A stretch of 64,000 nt of DNA from Williopsis jadinii (lineage: Eukaryota). Positions within the stretch are counted from its first letter, which is position 1. Every line of letters starts with the position of its first letter. Position numbers and translations under genes: made by a program. Positions 60,683 to 64,000 of this stretch are shown in pieces. The notes beneath the pieces were generated by a model. That model did no database searches, was not told where the DNA came from, and saw only the letters and a program-made list of their open reading frames with translations. The stretch spans positions 372,001-436,000 of the forward strand of contig AP024667.1 in the NCBI GenBank assembly GCA_024346625.1, written 5' to 3'.

Positions 60683-60960
60683 TGACCCGCACTATTGTCT
60701 TCTTCTTTTGATCTCACATTTTAATCTCACATTACAATAGAGAACGTGGCAATTGATAAACGTTTGACGATCATTTTAGGAAATATAGGCATCGTTTTAC
60801 AGCTTAACTCTACGTCACTAGGCTAGGCATAAAAAACCTGTGTTAAAACCATCCATTTAGCGATACCAATCAATTACCTTACGTACCTCATCGGTATTTC
60901 ATTTGTTCATTTGTACTAATGAAGTTTTCCCTTTCTTCTGTATGTCTTTGTTATTTCGAT

Positions 60961-62793
60961 TCAAGACTGATATAAGTGCAATCTATCAACTTCATTTTGT
61001 AACGCTTTCAAATCGTCCAGGATATTTACAGCAGACCCCGAGTTTGCTGTAAGATGTCCTCCATAAGGATTATTACTTGTGTTCTGAACTATTGGGATCT
61101 TTGGAGGCAATGCCGGTGCTTGTTGTACTCCATTTGAATATTGTTGCGGTGGATCTGGTAAGAAGTGCAGAGCAAACCCATTAAGCTGTTGTTGCTCTTG
61201 CTGTTGTTGTAAACTTGGAGATGGAGTTGATCTTGAAGGTGGTGCCGGTTGTTGTTGCTGTTGCTGGGTTAATGACATTCCACGACGTCTTGGAGGGGGT
61301 GGAGCAGGCGCCAATGGCGAGCTCACCCTATTTGGAGACGCCATTCTCTCTGGAGGAGGCATAGGAGGCTTTAACGAGTGCTGGCTCGTTTCATGTGGCA
61401 ACGTTGCCTGTGCTAACTGTTCCAAAGTGACGTGTCCAACAGCCTCTGGTTGTGAAAGCGATCTGGCTCTTCTTGCCGGTGGAACAGGTGGCGATAAGAG
61501 TCTTTGTGGGACATGTGTCTGCTGCTGTTGCTGTACTTGTTGTTGATGGCTTCTCATCGAAGACGTTAATGAACCTGTCATTGAAGGTGACAACGCAGCA
61601 TGGCTGCGCAATGCCTCGTAGTTTGGTGATAGTAAACCATCTATCATGGAGTGCGAGTTCATGTTTGGACCAGTGCTGCTAGCATGTAGAGGGACTCCCG
61701 GTCCAGTATGTGATGGTGATAGTAAACGAACAGGTCCCGTGATATTTGGAATCATAGGGTCTGGTTGTTCGACATTTGGAGATGGTGAGCGATAAACCTC
61801 GTCAAAGAACACAGAGGGGATATTTGATGGAGTTCCATGTATAAGTGCACTGTCCACATTCTTGATGTGCTGGAAGGTATCAACAGGGACATCTGGCAGA
61901 TCATCATCTTCGCTGACAACGACAGTGGGAGCCTCCTTCTTGGGCATTGATTTCATCAGCTGGTCCATTGGCAATGACAGATCAATCTTCACAGGCTCAA
62001 CCTGGGAAGTTCTGGTCGGCTCTACAGATACCTGGTCCGAAAACTGGATTCTTCTATGGCCCTTTCTATTCTTCTTCTTCTTCCTAGGGGTCTCTCCAGT
62101 CATCAACATCTCCGTAAAGGAGTCCAAGTCGAATTTGTCCTTCGCCTTGCCATTCGCCGGCACATCCTCCTCCTGGTCATCGGCATCTTGCACTCGCTTA
62201 GCACTCAGAATGGACCGTGGTTTAGGGATTGGAGCTGGATCCTTTATAAGCGCTCTCTTCGGCTTCTGTCCGAGAATGGAGTGCGATATCAACCGTAGCA
62301 GCGCAAAGAACTCACCAACGTTCAGAGACGTCACGCTGGTGAATATGCGACTCAGAGCAGCTCTCACCGGTTCTGGGATCGAGAAGTTACGCATGAACGC
62401 AAACACATCCTCCAGTCGTATCAGGTTGGTGCCACGTCTCACAACAATGTCGTTATACCATCTGAGATATGTCTTTGCCTCTTCTGCTGATAGTTCGTCT
62501 GCTCTCAGCGTCAACGGCACACTGAGGTCCTCTGGCGTGTCCGAGCCCCCAGCCAGCGCAGTGGATGACCCATTGTTCACAGTTCTGCTCAGATCCACGG
62601 TGCTGTTGGCTGTGGAGTTGTTTAGGGAGCCCAAGTGCGATACCGTTGGTAGGGGTAGTGAGGCCGAACTGCTATTTGGCGTAAGGCCAAAGGACACCGG
62701 AGGAGGGGCCGGGGAGGGGGTCAGCCCCGACGCCCTTTCCGACGACGAGCTCTCAGCAGCTACACCATTGAGCCAATCAAAACCTGCTGACAT
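60961..62793 (-). CDS. SCD5: Probable endocytic PP1-targeting protein Scd5
   Basis: FDWLN N-terminus, EAKTYLRWY, GEFFALLRLISH, DLDSFTEML, RRIQFSD (RVxF-like), DLSLPMDQL, SPxxTG repeats and C-terminal DDLKALQNEVD. Confidence 0.82.
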   Translation of the reverse strand: MSAGFDWLNGVAAESSSSERASGLTPSPAPPPVSFGLTPNSSSASLPLPTVSHLGSLNNSTANSTVDLSRTVNNGSSTALAGGSDTPEDLSVPLTLRADELSAEEAKTYLRWYNDIVVRRGTNLIRLEDVFAFMRNFSIPEPVRAALSRIFTSVTSLNVGEFFALLRLISHSILGQKPKRALIKDPAPIPKPRSILSAKRVQDADDQEEDVPANGKAKDKFDLDSFTEMLMTGETPRKKKKNRKGHRRIQFSDQVSVEPTRTSQVEPVKIDLSLPMDQLMKSMPKKEAPTVVVSEDDDLPDVPVDTFQHIKNVDSALIHGTPSNIPSVFFDEVYRSPSPNVEQPDPMIPNITGPVRLLSPSHTGPGVPLHASSTGPNMNSHSMIDGLLSPNYEALRSHAALSPSMTGSLTSSMRSHQQQVQQQQQTHVPQRLLSPPVPPARRARSLSQPEAVGHVTLEQLAQATLPHETSQHSLKPPMPPPERMASPNRVSSPLAPAPPPPRRRGMSLTQQQQQQPAPPSRSTPSPSLQQQQEQQQLNGFALHFLPDPPQQYSNGVQQAPALPPKIPIVQNTSNNPYGGHLTANSGSAVNILDDLKALQNEVDRLHLYQS

Positions 62794-63044
62794 AGCTCTT
62801 CTTTCTGCGCTCTGTCTCGTTACAACACCGACAAGCTTCCCCTTCAAAGAAAGCGTTCGATTTTGGGTGAACAGGACTTGAAGGGTATGTTTTCGCAATT
62901 TTTCGGATTTTCCGCTTTCGCGGCGGTTTTCGCAACGCCAAAAATGTCGTTAGCCTTTTTCCCGCAAAACTCCGTCAAAAGGTCCATTTGCTCTACAATG
63001 CGAGAGTGTTTTGGCTTGGTTAATTGAGAGCGATTGGGGTTGTT

Positions 63045-63647
63045 ATGAGTGCCTTAGGATTTGGTGGCGAGTCGTCCTCGGACGAGCAAGAGGAGACTGT
63101 TGAGCAGTGGCGCAGGAGTGTTCAAAAGCGCTCGAAGAAGCAGCAGCAGCAGCAGCAGCCGAGCGTTGTTGATGAGTCGATCTATCAATACGATGAGCAC
63201 TATGATCGGTTGCAAGACGAGCGGAAGCGGTTGAAGAGGCCCAAAGTTGAAGGCCCGAGGTTCATGAAGAACCTGCTGATTGCGAAAGAACAGAGGAAAC
63301 AGGATAAAGACCGGGTGGAGGACGTTAGAGCTGCTAGGGAGCGAGAACTGGAGGGAGATGAGTACAAGGACAAGGAAGTGTTTGTGACGGATGGGTATAA
63401 ACAGCACAAGACGTTGCGACAGGGAGAGGGGCCGAAGGCTGTGAGGGTGTCGTTCTCCACAGGGAAGCCGTCTGCACAGGCCCAGGAGGCTGATAAGACT
63501 GCTGATAAGACTGCTGATAAGACCGCTGAGAAGACCGCTGAGCCTGCTGTTAAGCCTGTCATTTTGAAGTCTAGGCTACTACCTCCGTTGGATGAAACGG
63601 TGGTCCTAGAGTACCGCCAGAGATACTTGCAAAGATGTGTGAAGTGA
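63045..63647 (+). CDS. NSRP1/CCDC55 (DUF2040)-like coiled-coil splicing-associated protein
   Basis: DESIYQYDEHYD, PRFMKNLL and ERELEGDEYKDKEVFVTDGYK. A 12-bp ADKT repeat x4 lies at 63489-63536. Confidence 0.75.
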   Translation: MSALGFGGESSSDEQEETVEQWRRSVQKRSKKQQQQQQPSVVDESIYQYDEHYDRLQDERKRLKRPKVEGPRFMKNLLIAKEQRKQDKDRVEDVRAARERELEGDEYKDKEVFVTDGYKQHKTLRQGEGPKAVRVSFSTGKPSAQAQEADKTADKTADKTAEKTAEPAVKPVILKSRLLPPLDETVVLEYRQRYLQRCVK

Positions 63648-63735
63648 ACTCACCAACCGCACACTGCTCTCATGAATACTCTAATGAATGAATAATGACT
63701 ATATATTATAAAGCGATATCAAAACTAGACAATGT

Positions 63736-64000
63736 TCACTTCTTTGGTGCTTTAGTGCTCAACTGCAATCCATGCCATTGCGAGATTTCCTTCGACAAGA
63801 TTGAGTTCACCAGCTTGTGCTGTTTAACCATCGAAATCCCCTTGAACTTGTCACTGGTGACGTTGATGGCAAACATAGAGCCACAGCCACCGCTGATGTC
63901 CGCAACCTCCAGCTCTGAAGGTTGCAACTCCTTGGACAGTTTGTTGTAAACCTGACGTTCAGCATCGGACATGATCTGCGAATAGAATCTTGGAGAGAAC
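63736..64000 (-). CDS. BOL3: Mitochondrial BolA protein (5' end outside window)
   Basis: VADISGGCGSMF, KQHKLVN and WHGLQL. The frame stays open to base 64000 (FSPRFYSQI-M, presequence-like). Confidence 0.9.
   Translation of the reverse strand, partial: FSPRFYSQIMSDAERQVYNKLSKELQPSELEVADISGGCGSMFAINVTSDKFKGISMVKQHKLVNSILSKEISQWHGLQLSTKAPKK

Noticed and set aside
61862..62881. 339-aa plus-strand ORF
   Set aside because: Lies antisense to the SCD5-like CDS and has a shadow-like composition.

Overview
Gene-dense fragment of a budding-yeast (Saccharomycotina) nuclear chromosome. It holds about 40 protein-coding genes, at least five spliceosomal introns (MRPL44, CAP2, RPS6, eEF1B-gamma and a UPF0183/PHAF1-like gene) and one intronic C/D snoRNA (snR38-like). 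CTG codons fall at conserved Leu positions, so this is a standard-code yeast outside the CUG-Ser clade. Gene order keeps several blocks recalled from S. cerevisiae: YOR289W/MPD1/RRP36/RDL/YOR283W, SSU1/RPS6/GLR1/ELP3/SEC16/MBA1/RLM1, DIG1/CAM1/MNN9 and PDE2/VTS1/SNX3/HAP5. A pre-WGD, possibly Phaffomycetaceae-like species is my inference only. I found no transposon, tRNA, rRNA or CRISPR array. Most notable items: tandem glutathione reductase genes, one lacking the mitochondrial presequence and altered at NADPH-specificity residues; a 69-aa codon-biased, mitochondrial-looking microprotein; an orphan secreted protein ending in a 20-bp palindromic minisatellite; a divergent DIG1 orthologue recognisable by its MAPK-docking motif and synteny; a tandem array of PKA-consensus sites in Sec16; and AAG 3' splice sites, one competing with a stop-generating TAG. 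All gene names come from recalled protein motifs, not database searches.
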